From Macrostomum lignano (lineage: Eukaryota): a stretch of 64,000 nucleotides of DNA. The notes under the pieces are model-generated. The model saw nothing but the letters and a program-made list of their open reading frames with translations. It did not search any database and was not told the origin of the DNA. The position numbers and the translations under genes were made by a program. Location of the stretch: assembly GCA_002269645.1 (NCBI GenBank), contig NIVC01003031.1, forward strand, positions 60,347 to 124,346, written 5' to 3'. Shown one piece after another: positions 22,042-34,789 of the stretch; positions within the stretch are counted from its first letter, which is position 1, and every line of letters starts with the position of its first letter.

Positions 22042-22880
22042 GAAAACGTCGTAACAACAGTTGCTAGGGAATATCTCAGCTTGTGAAGCGTCTTTGTGTG
22101 TGTCTGAGGTGTCTTTTTAAAGCAGAGACATGCGTAAAACAGCTGTGAAAATTTCATGCAGCAAGACTAAAGTGGGATGATGTAGCGGCTTCTCAAAAAA
22201 CTACTATATACAGTATTCGGTACATGGAAAACGTCGTAACAACAGTTGCTAGGGAATATCTCAGCTTGTGAAGCGTCTTTGTGTGTGTTTGAGGTGTCTT
22301 TTTAAAGCAGAGACATGCGTAAAACAGCTTTGAAAATTCCATGCAGCAAGACCAAAGTGGGATGATGTAGCGGCTTCTCAAAAAGCTACTATATACAGTA
22401 TTCGGTACATGGAAAACGTCGTAACAACAGTTGCTAGGGAATATCTCAGCTTGTGAAGCGTCTTTGTGTGTGTCTGAGGTGTCTTTTTAAAGCAGAGACA
22501 TGCGTAAAACAGCTGTGCAAATTTCATGCAGCAAGACTAAAGTGGGACGATGTAGCGGCTTCTCAAAAAACTACTATATACAGTATTCGGTACATGGAAA
22601 ACGTCGTAACAACAGTTGCTAGGGAATATCTCAGCTTGTGAAGCGTCTTTGTGTGTGTCTGAGGTGTCTTTTTAAAGCAGAGACATGCGTAAAACAGCTG
22701 TGCAAATTTCATGCAGCAAGACCAAAGTGGGATGATGTAGCGGCTTCTCAAAAAAACTAACTATATACAGTATTCGGTATATTAGGAAACGGCGTAACAA
22801 CAGTTGCTTGGGAATATCTCAGCTTCTGAAGCGTCTTTTTGTGTGTCTGAGGTGTCTTTTTAAAGCAGAGACATGCGTAA
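22042..22880. repeat. 185-bp tandem repeat, about 4.5 copies
   Basis: gaaaacgtcgtaacaacagttgc at 22042, 22227, 22412 and 22597, plus a diverged fifth copy. Confidence 0.95.
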
Positions 22881-24165
22881 AAATGTCTAAAAATTTACAC
22901 TGTCTTGCGTACTAAATAGAAAATTTTGTTAAACATTTACTGAACGATTTTTGAATGTCTGTCTGAATGTCTGTCGGGAAACCAATACGTTCTCAAAATC
23001 AGATCTATAGATCGTTAAAACTGGCTACATTTGAACCCATAGCCGATATCAAACTATCTTATTCTAGTATTGGTTTAGTTTTTGTGTGTACAGTGTACTT
23101 ATTCAAATAGGCCTAATTGTTATCAAATTAAAAAAATTTAGATCCTAATCGCTAGGTCTAATCACGCCCAAAAAATTCACAATAATTCACACGGTCACAC
23201 CCCACTAAATGTTCCTTGTCTGACTCTGACCCCTATATGATAGGGCCTAAGAAGAATAGAATAAACCATTTTAGTATAGCGAAAGCGAAGCCAAGGTTAG
23301 TCATGTTGGGATAGCTGTCTTAACCCCCTAGATCCCTTTTAAGTTTTATACTAGCAATCTAGTGCGGCCCCCCTTCGGGGCGCCCAATAAGCACGGAGCA
23401 AAAATAGTTAATTGAAAACAATTTAAAAAAGCACATTTTCTTAAACACCAAATCCAATTCTTAACTTTTAAAAATCACCTTATTCATGTAAAATTGTCAC
23501 GGACAATGATATTTGCTATGAATCTATTTTTTTTCTAAAATTAACAAATATACAACAAAATATAACTTTTACAAAGATAATAGACATTACCCCTAAATAG
23601 AAAATATTCCCAAGACAGTAAGCATCCCTCCAGATAGCAAGCACCCCCTCCAAAAGTAAGCAACCGCAGATAGCCAGCATCCCCTAATACTCGTAGCAAG
23701 CATCCACCCAGATAGCGAACATCCTGCAGACAGCAAGCATTTCCCAAATATTGTAGAATCATCCACCCAGATAGCAAGCATCTGCAGATAACAAGCATCC
23801 CCCAAATATTGTAGAAGCATCCACCCTAGATAGCAAGCATCCCCCAAATATTGTAGAAGCAGGTTGACGGTCATTTCGTCTGCCGCCTTTTCGTCTGCCG
23901 CCTTTTCGTCTGCCGCCTTTTCGTCTGCCAATATACGATATAGTCGTTTCGTCTGCCAATATATATAATATATAAATCGGAATAACTAATTATGTCATCA
24001 AGCTTCGCATGGAAGTGTAATGTAAATGTCTTATTAATTATAATTTATTATAATGCTAGGACTTTTCTGAAAGTTCCGGAGCTAATATGTTGCATATAAA
24101 TACACAAAGCCAGAAGCAAATACCTCCAACCGTTTAGTTTCCTTCCAACTTTCTTTTTTTCGTTT

Positions 24166-24700
24166 ATGTAAACTCATATGCAATTTATTCACGAATACAA
24201 GTAGCTTAAATGCACAAAGTGTAAAATGTAAGGAGCAATCGAAATTGTAGGCACAGAAAATGTAAACTCATATGCAATTTATTCACGAATACAAGTAGCT
24301 TAAATGCACAAAGTGTAAAATGTAAGGAGCAATCGAAATTGTAGGCACAGAAAATGTAAACTCATATGCAATTTATTCACGAATACAAGTAGCTTAAATG
24401 CACAAAGTGTAAAATGTAAGGAGCAATCGAAATTGTAGGCACAGAAAATGTAAACTCATATGCAATTTATTCACGAATACAAGTAGCTTAAATGCACAAA
24501 GTGTAAAATGTAAGGAGCAATCGAAATTGTAGGCACAGAAAATGTAAACTCATATGCAATTTATTCACGAATACAAGTAGCTTAAATGCACAAAGTGTAA
24601 AATGTAAGGAGCAATCGAAATTGTAGGCACAGAAAATGTAAACTCATATGCAATTTATTCACGAATACAAGTAGCTTAAATGCACAAAGTGTAAAATGTA
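24166..24700. repeat. 94-bp near-perfect tandem repeat, about 5.7 copies, inside the MULE
   Basis: ctcatatgcaattt recurs at 24173, 24267, 24361, 24455, 24549 and 24643. Confidence 0.95.
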
Positions 24701-24805
24701 AAATGTAAAAATGTAAAAATGTAAAAACGTCACAAAACGACTAACGTCACAAAGCAAAACGTCAAAAAACTGTTTCGGCAGTAATTCATTACGACAGACA
24801 CTTGC

Positions 24806-26087
24806 CTAAGACAGCGCCACAGCACTGTTGCCACAGCGCTGTAGGAGCTCATAGCTGGTCAGCTTGCGAGCTGCATAGTCGGCCCAAGCAGCCTGTAGCG
24901 CCACATCGCGCCTGTGTCGGACATTGTCGGTGCGTGGAGCAGGAATAGGTGCCAGCTGTCGAATTTGTAGGCCCAAAATGCGGGCCTGTTCAGCCAGGAC
25001 ACCGATGAGGGCAAAAACGTTCATGCGGACACCAGCACGCTTGCGCAGGCCCGAGTGCCATCCCTCAACGGCATTGTTCGTCCTGTCCATCTGCTGAAAG
25101 GCTGATAACGACTGCACAGACCAGACTGGGTGCGACAGCCATGTCTGGTCGACGTAGTTGCACAGCTCCATTAAAGGCTGTGTCGTCGCCTGTGGTCGCA
25201 GTTGCTCGAAAGCTGCCTCCATCTGCCCCGATGGAAGGTAAGGCAGTGCCATCAGTTGGCGGCACAGCGTACGCGTGACAGGATCAGCAGCATAGGCTAT
25301 TGCGCTATTGCGAGTCACGCACTTCCAATACCTTGAACCCCCTTTTCCTCCATTGCGTCGAGGATGAATCCTTGCGAAGAGATCAGTAGATCCCCTCCGC
25401 GCTTGCTGGCACCTGGTCGAAGGCTGAACATTTCAGCTTCAGCGGCAGCCTCAGCTTCAGCGGCAGCTTCAGCGGCAGCTTCAGCTTCAGCGGCAGCTTC
25501 AGCTTCAGCGGCAGCTTCAGCTTCAGCGGCAGCTTCAGCTTCAGCGGCAGGCTCAGCTTCAGCCTCAGCTTCAGCGGCAGCCTCAGCTTCAGCGGCAGCC
25601 TCAGCTTCAGCGGCAGCCTCAGCTTCAGCGGCAGCCTCAGCTTCAGCGGCAGCCTCAGCTTCAGCGGCAGCCTCAGCTTCAGCGGCAGCCTCAGCTTCAG
25701 CGGCAGCCTCAGCTTCAGCGGCAGCCTCAGCTTCAGCGGCAGCCTCAGCGGCAGCCTCAGCTTCAGACTTACATTTACTACAGACATAAGTTATGTCCGT
25801 CTCAGTCATAAGCTGCCGATACTTAGTCAATGAAATGCCTGCAAGGTTAAAAGGTTAATCGCTTACTATTAATATACTATTATATATACAAAATACAAAA
25901 GTATACAAAAATACAAGTTTAAATACAAAACTATATAGCAAAACTATATACTATACGTAAATACTGATATACGCATTGTTAACTTACCAGAATTGCATGT
26001 CCGATGCTGCCATTTGTTGCACAAGTCGCACAGTAGCGCATGTTGTCTGGGTCGTACAGTCTGTTTACAAATTACGCATGCGTCCAT
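24806..26087 (-). pseudogene. MULE transposase remnant: spliced PHD finger, (AEAEAA)n linker, FLYWCH start, C-terminal RTNNxxEGWH region; DDE core deleted
   Basis: Exon 26087-25988, GT-AG intron 25987-25839, exon from 25838; splicing gives a C4HC3 PHD. SKRGGDLL..GF and, after a frameshift, YWKC, which joins directly to LMALPYLP..YVDQTW..RTNNAVEGWH. Confidence 0.85.
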
Positions 26088-26378
26088 GGTGAAAAAAATT
26101 ATCGATAACACCACTTTCTCAGAAAATAACTTCGCATCGATGCGTCGAAAGTATTATATAGGTTAGTTAGGTTTCGTAGAGAATGAAGAAAAACAAAATG
26201 TATCAATATAAATAAGAAAACATACTTAAAACTTGCTTATACTAATTTATTTTAATTCCCTACATAAAAAATACTAAATAAGTGAATGAAAATAAACATA
26301 AATAAAAAAGTCGTTTCGTCTGCTAAAATTATTTGGCAGACGAAAAGGCGGCAGACGAAATGACCGCAGACCTAGAAG

Positions 26379-27209
26379 GGTATCCACGCTTTTCGGTGCC
26401 TGTGCTTTTCGGTGCCCGGCATTTCGGTGCCCCAGCTTGCTTTTCGGTGCCCAAATTATACATTGGAATTGGAAACAAGAATATAGAAATTGAGCCCTTA
26501 TAATTTAGCAGTGAGTGCTTTGTCTTTGCAGTACTTACTTACTTTAAAAAACAAGGTATTATTCATTTTGTTAAGCTGACCTGGTGTTTTAATTAAAAAA
26601 ACGGTTTTCGAAATTACTCGATTCGATTTACTTCATGTCGCTTGCCGCGTCTCATCCGCGTCAAAATTTTAAACTGATGCCCCAAATGCACTTATAATAA
26701 AATCTTATAGATTATGGTCCAATCATTTCAGCTCATCAAATAATACACACTTCATTTCCTAGGCAGTTTTATGAAACAAAACATGATCGTCGGTCGCGTG
26801 TGATTCAAAAAATCAATACTAACTAAAATACATGTAGACTTGTCACATTTCATAATTTCGATCAAAACTACATGTAGCATCGTTAATGGATTTCAACTTT
26901 ACCTAACTAAGTCTTCATAGCACTGGTACGCTTGCTGAGTGCCGCCAGATTGTATTATATATTACATGATTACGTACTGTACAGCAAATGCATGCAATTA
27001 AATTGACCGGATTTTTCTAAATTTAGGAAACGTGCCAGCTTAACAAAATGAACACTGCTTTTATTAGGAATATCGAACGTTTTGAACGTTTATTGGATTT
27101 CTTTTTTATTATCATCATTTCGGCGTCATAAATTGAGGCACCGAAAAGCAATCTGGGGCACCGAAATGCCGGGCACCGAAAAGCACGGGCACCGAAATGC
27201 ATGGAAACC
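26379..27209. mobile_element. 831-bp MITE with subrepeat-rich ~80-bp TIRs
   Basis: TIRs ggtatccacgcttttcggtgcc.../...ggcaccgaaatgcatggaaacc; perfect 8-bp TSD CCTAGAAG (26371-26378, 27210-27217). Confidence 0.9.
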
Positions 27210-27599
27210 CCTAGAAGCATCCACCCAGATAGCAAGCATCCCCCAAATATTGTAGGAGCATCCACCCAGATAGCAAGCATCTGCAGATAGCAAGCATCCT
27301 GCAGACAGCAAGCATTTCCCAAATATTGTAGAAGCATCCACCCAAATAGCAAGCATCTGCAGATAACAAGCATCCCCCAAATATTGTAAAAGCATCCAGC
27401 TAGATAGCAAGCATCCCCCAAATATTGTAGAAGCATCTACCCAGACAGCAAGCATCCTGCAGATACCAAGCACCCCCCAGATATTGTAGAAGCATCCACC
27501 CAGACAGCAAGCATCCCCCAGATAGCAAGCATCCACCCAGTTAGCAAGAATCCATAAAAAGCAAACATCCCTAGATAGAAAGAATCCCATACATGTAGC

Positions 27600-28740
27600 C
27601 AAGCTTATCAAGCGCAGTAATCCTTCGTTTGCCAAGCGCAGTAATCCTTGGTTTATCAAGTGCAGTAAGCCTTGGTCTATCAAGTGCAGTAATCGTTGGC
27701 TTATCAAGTGCAGTAATCCTTGGTTTATCAATTGTAGTAAGTCTTGGTTAATCAAGTGCAGTAATCATTGGTTTATCAAGTGCAGTAATCCTTGGCTTAT
27801 CAAGTGCAGTAAGTCTTGGTTTATCAAGTGCAGAAATCCTTGGTTTATCAAGTGCAGTAATCCTTGGTTTATCAAGTGCAGTAAGTTCTGGTCTATCAAG
27901 TGCAATAATCCTTGTCTTATCAAGTGCAATAATCCTTGGTTTATCAAGTGCAGTAATCCTTTGTTTATCAAGCGCAGTAGTCCTTGGTTTATCAAGTTCA
28001 ATAATCCTTGGTTTATCAAGTGCAGTAATCCTTGGCTTATCAAGTGCAGTAATCCTTGGTTTATCAAGCGCAGTAATCCTTGGCTTATTGAGTGCAATAA
28101 TCCTTGGCTTATCAAGTGCAATAATCCTTGGTTTACCAAGTGCAATAATCCTTGGTTTATCAAGTGCAGTAATCCTTGGTTTATAAAGTGCCGTAAGTCT
28201 TGGTTTATCCAGTGAAGTAATCATTGGTTTATCAAGTGCAGTAAGTCTTGGTTTATTAAGTGCAGAAATCCTTGGCTTATTAAGTGCAGTAATCCTTGGT
28301 TTATCAAGTGCAGTAAGGGGGTTTATTAAGTTCAGTAAGTTCTGGTCTATCAAGTGCAATAATCCTTGGCTTATCAAGTGCAGTAAGTCTTGGTTTATCA
28401 AGTGCAATAATCCTTGGTCTATCAAGTGCAATAATCCTTGGTTTATCAAGCGCAGTAATCTTTGGCTTATCAAATGCAATAATCCTTGGTTTATCAAGTG
28501 CAATAATCCTTGGTTTATCAAGTGCAGTAATCCTTGGTTTATCAAGCGCAGTAATCCTTGGCTTATCGAGTGCAATAATCCTTGGCTTATCAAGTGCAAT
28601 AATCCTTGGTTTATCAAGCGCAGTAATCTTTGGCTTATCAGGTGCAATAATCCTTGGTTTATCAAGTGCAGTAATCCTTGGCTTATCCAGTGCAATAATC
28701 CTTGGTTTATCAAGTGCAATAATCCTTGGCTTATAATCCA
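27600..28740. repeat. 24-bp minisatellite (tcaagtgcagtaatccttggttta)n
   Basis: About 47 units; 8-residue periodicity in the ORF track. Confidence 0.95.
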
Positions 28741-28814
28741 TAATCCAGGTCTTTTTAATTAGTTTTTGAATAAAAGCTTTCAATAAAAAAATTATGCTAC
28801 TTTTATTATTTTAT

Positions 28815-28883
28815 ACACTACTAAGATTCGAACCCAGGTAGCTGCATTAGCAATCCAGTTTGTTTACATCTAGGCTAGCTCTC
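28815..28883 (-). ncRNA. tRNA-like (Ser-GCT-like) Pol III segment inside a Helitron unit
   Basis: Minus strand: A-box-like TAGCCTAGATG, CTGGA-TTGCTAA-TGCAG arm, B box GGTTCGAATC, downstream T-run. Acceptor stem does not pair. Confidence 0.55.
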
Positions 28884-29964
28884 ATTGAAATTATAAATGA
28901 ATTTGTAGCACTTATAATTCAACACTCACACCAAGTCAATTGAGTAAAAGTTACACGAGGCAGTTATGACATAATCAATTTCTTAGGCAAGTCAGTACCA
29001 GTCTATTAAAGTTAGCAATATGGTTACGCAAGATAAATCAAGTATTGTGCTATGCTTCCACACTGCGTTTTCGATACTGTGACGTAATTCAATTCAGTGT
29101 CAAAATTCAGCCAGTACACAAATGATAAATAAAAGCCTATTGTGATGATGCAATCTATTTCAGAATCAGAATTCAACCAGTCAGTTTTTTCTCTAGCATT
29201 CTTACAATGCATTTCAAGTCGAAAGAGCTGCTTGACCTTTGCAAAAAAGCATGTTTTTCGAATATTTAATCCCTTTAGCATCGAGCAATTTCTTAGCCAC
29301 GATGCATGTACCGTCACAGAAAAATTTATGATCGAACAGTGCAAGTTCGAAGAAAATCGGTTGAGCCATTTTTTCTCTAATCGATCACATAGACACAGAC
29401 AGACCATTTTTAGTATATTGGACTAGCCATTTAGCCCCTCCGCTGGGGAGCCTTGAAAATGACACCAATTGGTTTTTATTTTTGCACAAGAGTAACTTTA
29501 CTATAATAACTTTACTATAATCGTCCAAAATATTGATTTCCATTAATCAAAAAATACCTTTTCTCATTTTGGCAGAAATAAATTGCCATTAATCCAAACT
29601 TTCATTAGCCAAAAAAGTTTCCTTCATCAGCCCAAAACCCTTTCTAAATCAGCAAATAGTGCTTATCCTTTCAAGCACAAACTCTTGATGGATATCGTCA
29701 ATGGCCGGGGCATATTCTGATCCGCAGCAAGAGCTCAATATGCAAATCCCTGACGCCCTTAGACCCTCTCTCTATATTAGCCTAAATCAAAGGATCAAAC
29801 CTTTAATGAATGCGCTGGTATTTCCTATTAGCAGAAATCAGCATCACTTGTGTGTACTTTTTCAATATCTGAATTACAGGAGCTACTTGAGTCGTACTAC
29901 CTGACTATCTGACAATCGCCTAACAACCTAACACCCCCCCCCCAACAATTCAGCCATCGTCCAT

Positions 29965-30800
29965 GAGCCTTGACATCTCAGCAATTCCCCCAGTAAGCCT
30001 TGAGATCCCAGTAAGCCTTTAGATCTCAGCAATTCCCCCAGTAAGCCTTGACATCTCAGCAATTCCCCCAGTAAGCCTTGAGATCTCAGCAATTCCCCCA
30101 GTAAGCCTTGAGATCCCAGTAAGCCTTTAGATCTCAGCAATTCCCTCAGTTATCCTTGACAATCAGCAATTCCCCCAGTAAGCCTTGAGATCTCAGCAAT
30201 TCCCCCAGTAAGCCTTGAGATCCCAGTAAGCCTTGAGATCCCAGTAAGCCTTGAGATCTCATCAATTCCCCCCGTAAGCTCTGAGATCTCAAAAATTCTC
30301 TCAGTAAGTCTTGAGATCTCAGCAATTCCCCCAGTAAGCCTTGACATCTCAGCATTTCCCCAGTAAGCCTTGACATCTCAGCAATCCCCCCAGTAAGCCT
30401 TGACATCCCAGTAATTCTCCCAGTAAGCCTTGACATCTCAGTAATTCCCCCAGTAAGCCTTGAGATCTCAGCAATTCCCACCGTAAGCTCTGAGATCTCA
30501 AAACTTTTCCCAGTAAGTCTTGAGATCTCAGCATTTCCCCAGTAAGCCTTGAGATCTAAGTAAGCCTTTAGATCTCAGCAATTCCCCCAGTAAGCCTTGA
30601 GATCTCAGCAATTCCCCCAGTAAGCCTTGACATCTCAGTAATTTCCCCAGTTAGCCTTGGCATATCAGCAATTCCCCCAGTAAGTCTTGAGATCTCAGCA
30701 TTTCCCCAGTAAGCCTTAACATCTCAGCAATTCCCCAGTAAGCCTTGACATCTCAGGAATAACCCCATTAAGCCTCGACATCGCAGCAATTAAACTCCAG
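29965..30800. repeat. 30-bp minisatellite (cagtaagccttgagatctcagcaattcccc)n
   Basis: 10-residue periodicity (GELLRSQGLL) in the ORF track. Confidence 0.92.
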
Positions 30801-33003
30801 CCTCGACATCTATGCAATTCTCCCAGCGCAGTAATTAGCCTTGACATCCCAACAACCCAACTCCCCTCTCCCAAGAATTCAGCAATCCCCTTATAAGCCT
30901 TGATAACTCAGCAATCCCCTTATAAGCCTTGACAACTCAGCTATTCCCCGATGAGCTTAGATATCTTAGCAAGTCTTTAATTTATGGTTGACAGCGGTTA
31001 ATCTATGATTGAACCAAAACTGACCCTAAGCCTCTAACCCTAACCCATAAGAGAATCTTGGCATGTTAGCAATTTCGACAATGAGCCTTGAGCCTCAGCA
31101 TTAAAGTAACTTCCTCATAAGCTTTTAAATCTAAATTTCACCGGAAGCCTTGACCTGTCAGTAATTCCCCATAGAGCCAAAGCATTTAAGTAATTCGCCC
31201 CAAGAGCATTTAATCTTAGCAATTCCTCGATGGATCATTAATGATTGACACGACTATCGCTCTATAATTGAACCCAAAGCCTAACCCTTAACCTGCAGCA
31301 GAATTTCAGCAATTCCCTAATGAGCTTTGAAAATGTTAGTAATTTCCCCATGAGCCTGAAAATTGAGTGACTTTTGATACCTTTTGATATCTTGGCACTT
31401 GCATTTCAACAATTTATTTCTGCAATTTCTCTAATGAATCTTGAAATCAAAGCAGTTCTCCCCAGAATGACAATTATAGCAATTTCCCTTGTGCCTTGAG
31501 ATCTTATAAATCCTCCCATGAGTATTGATATATCACAGCAATTTGCCATACCAGCATTATGCTCGTAGCAATATTCTTAGCAGTCTTAACAGTCTTAGCA
31601 ATTCCCAATGAGACTTTTACTCTCGACAGGGCGCTTCTTTTATAATTGACATGATGATTCTTGTTCGCTTTTTCTCGCGTTGCGTTTTCTTCTTTTTAAA
31701 AGAAGTTTATATTAAAAAATTACAATATTTCATCATAGCTTTCTGCAGTTTAGCAATGGTTCACCAGCATTTCAGCAATGGTTCACCAGCATTTCAGCAA
31801 TGCTTTACCAGCAGTTTAGGAATGCTTCACCAGAAGTTTAGTAATTGTTTACCAGCACTGTTTTCAACAATCAGTGAGCAGATGGCCTCTAATCTTTGCT
31901 TAAGGCCATACATGTATTGCTTCTGAATAGTCGAAACCATTTGAAATGTTTTTGCAACTTGCAGGCTAAATTTATTATTTTATTGAATGCGTTAGATTAG
32001 CGCTGCTCACCCAGATTAGCAATAGCCTTTGCAAATTAGCACTTGCAGCAGATAAGCGCTGCTCTTGAAGCTTAGCGTAGCCCCAGCAAAAGTATATACA
32101 AAATATAATGTTAAAAATTTGCATGAATCCCCATCGGAAACAATGATTATTGTCACAAAGATAAATTCGCTGCTTCAATGTAGACTCGAACTGCCGACCT
32201 TCTACTAAAAACCTTATACTATTCTAGAAGTTTAGTAACTTCGCAGTTTGAATTAACCCCCCCCCCCAGAAATCGGCAGTTATCCCCACAACAACCTGAA
32301 ATTAGCTATCCCTTCTAATCGCGCAAACAGACTGCAGTCATACTCTTAGCAGCCTGCAGGTATTCACTTTGCCGTCTACAACTTTCATTTCCAGCAGCAA
32401 ACTACAATACTTCACTCAGCAGTCGCAGTTATCCCCTCAAAAACTTGCTTTGCTATACACACATATACACTATACACAAGTCTAGAGAAACTACCTCAGC
32501 AGTTTTTTGCAATTTTTCCCTTTGCAGTTTTGCATGAATGATCCCTTCGACAATCTGCAGTTCCCCTCAGCAGTCTGCAGTTCTCCTCTCGGCCGGCTCC
32601 TCAGTCTTCTCAGCAATGATTCTTTCAGTAATCTGAAAATTTGCTCAGCATTTAGTACGGCTCACTAATCAATTTTCGATACATATCGGCAGTCTTTTGC
32701 GCAGCTCAGCATTTAGCAGTACCTTCAGCTGTTTAGCTATTTAGCAGCATCGTCTGCAATTCGAAAGCAGTAAAGCAGCAGAATTAATTTTTTTACGAAT
32801 CAGATTTTAAAATGCACTGGCTGAAATCAAATCAAATTCAAATTGACAAAATCAAATTTGTTTAGCAACTTGTGCTGAATAGCAAAAATATTGTGCTGCA
32901 TAGCAAAAATAATTCATTGAGTGTGGCTTACTAATTAATAAAAAATGATTCAATTAGTTGAGGCGCAAGCTATAAATGAACTAATTTACTTAATTTTAAT
33001 TAT

Positions 33004-33085
33004 CGGCCGGCGAGGCGGACTCGAACCTTGGACCTTACGCCTAGCCTAAACCTAGTCCTAGTGCCTACACTGCGGCTATTCCGCC
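33004..33085 (-). ncRNA. tRNA-derived/SINE-head-like segment
   Basis: Minus strand GGCGGAATAGCCGCAGTG...GGTTCGAGTCC (A and B boxes); the cloverleaf is imperfect. Confidence 0.4.
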
Positions 33086-34293
33086 TACTGAAGGGAGGGC
33101 GCAAAAATCAGCCATATATGCTTCGACATTCAGTCAAATACATAGCAGTGATGGGCTGCTCAGTGTGCACAGGTTTGGTGCCGGCAGAGCCATTCAGCCA
33201 AGGTCAGAAGAATGTACACACGCAGCCACTGAGCATTATTTCATTTCAATACTTTTAAAATGCACTGGCTGATTTCGCTCTCCCTCCAGAGTGCCTGCGC
33301 AATGCATGGCACACTGCCTCCAGCTGAAAAGCTCAGAGTCAGTTTATAGCGAGAATATGCAGTACGCAGTTGTGGCGCAATCATAATTAGAATTGGAATT
33401 CAGCCAGTCAAGAATTCAACCTAGTTTGCCCTCTCATTAAAAGCATTGGGAAAACTCGTTTTTCGAATATTTAACACCTTTAGCATTAAAGCCGATTAAA
33501 GAAATTTTAACTGTCTTCTTTCTAGATAATTACAAATCTTTTGGGGAAAATGCGATTAAAATTGGTCAATCGGTTCGATCTCTAAGACGTTACACGAATA
33601 CTAACACAAATTCTCTTCGAGTGAAAGTCACACGAAGCAGCTATGACATAATCAAATACTCAGGCGGTCAGCATCAGTCTCAATTAAAGTTAGCAATATG
33701 GTTACGCCATTTCTGTCTTTCAACTTGGCACAGTGTTTTCAACTTGTTGTGATGCAATCTATTTCAGAGTTAGAATTCAGTCAGTCGGTTTTTTCTCTAG
33801 CATTTTTACAGCGCATTTCAAGTCGAAAGAGCTGCTTGACCTTTGAAAAAAAGTATGTTTTTCGAATATTTAATCCCTTTAGCATTGAAGCAGATTCAAC
33901 AAATTTTAACCATACAATCCCAGGCTGAATACAAATCTTTTGGCGAAAACGCGATCAAAATCGGTGAAGAATTGCAATCTCTAGAGCGTTATGGACATTC
34001 AAGCATACAAATATTAGAGATTTAGTATATGTAGAAGTTAAGCGAAGGTTCCTATAGGTACATAGTTTTGACTAGCAATCTACGCCCCCCGTTGGGGAGC
34101 CAAAGAAATGCAATACACGTTTTTTAATAAGCTACATATTTCCTTGAAATCTTAAAAAATCTCCTGTCAAACCTTGTAAGCCTTGACATGTCAATAACTC
34201 CCCCCCACAAGCTTTAACATATCAACTTCCCCCATTGACATCTCAGCAATGCCCCCAATAAGCCTTGGAAATCTAAAAATATCTGTCAACCTT

Positions 34294-34354
34294 CTAACCC
34301 TAACCCTAGCCTAACCCTAACCCTAGCCTAACCCTAACCCTAACCTAACCCTAA
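34294..34354. repeat. Interstitial telomere-like (TAACCC)n tract
   Basis: About 10 imperfect TAACCC units (TTAGGG on the minus strand). Confidence 0.8.
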
Positions 34355-34789
34355 AGCATTGAAATTTCAGTAATTCTCTCTGAGAGTCATTATAGCACTA
34401 CTACAGCATTATAGCGATTCCCTGCAAGCCTCGACATCGTAGGGATTCCCAAATGAATCTCTTAACTTCGACATGAAGCTTCTTTTATTTTTTACATTAC
34501 GCTTTTTTATCAGCGCCCCCCCCCGTGGCGAGCCAACAAAGAATGCAATAAAAAATTGAGTAAAGTACATGAACTTTGAAATAGCCTCTGACTATTGCTT
34601 TGACATCTCAGAAACCCCCCCCCCGTAATCTAAGTTATTCTCTGAGAGCCTTGACATCTCAGTAATTCTCCCCAGCACAGCATTATAGCTTCATTTAATT
34701 TTTACATGACACCCTTCATGTCTGACATGACGCTTCTTTTATTCTACCATGATGCTTCTTAATATTTTAAATGACACTTTCATTACTTT

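Larger units (their letters stand above)
23862..26372 (-). mobile_element. Internally deleted MULE (Mutator-like) DNA transposon
   Basis: GG..CC TIRs with ttttcgtctgccgcc subrepeats. 8-bp TSD TAGAAGCA (23854-23861; right copy restored at 27212-27219 once the MITE is removed). Transposase remnants inside. Confidence 0.88.
23351..29422 (-). mobile_element. Non-autonomous Helitron-type unit 1 (18-bp and 24-bp arrays; hosts the MULE and MITE)
   Basis: Minus strand: 5'-TCCAATATACTAAAA at 29422; 3' GC hairpin (CCCC-GAA-GGGG) followed by CTAG at 23351; conserved ~400-bp 5' block. Confidence 0.75.
29423..34035 (-). mobile_element. Helitron-type unit 2 (30-bp array, two other tRNA-like segments)
   Basis: CTAG plus GC hairpin at 29423-29452; 5'-TCTACATATACTAAA at 34035; B-box-like segments near 32170-32245 and 33004-33085. 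Confidence 0.65.

Noticed and set aside
27023-28783. Long ORFs (up to 323 aa) with LINQGLLH/DKPRITAL repeats
   Set aside because: They are translations of 18- and 24-bp minisatellites whose units lack stops in several frames; no coding evidence.
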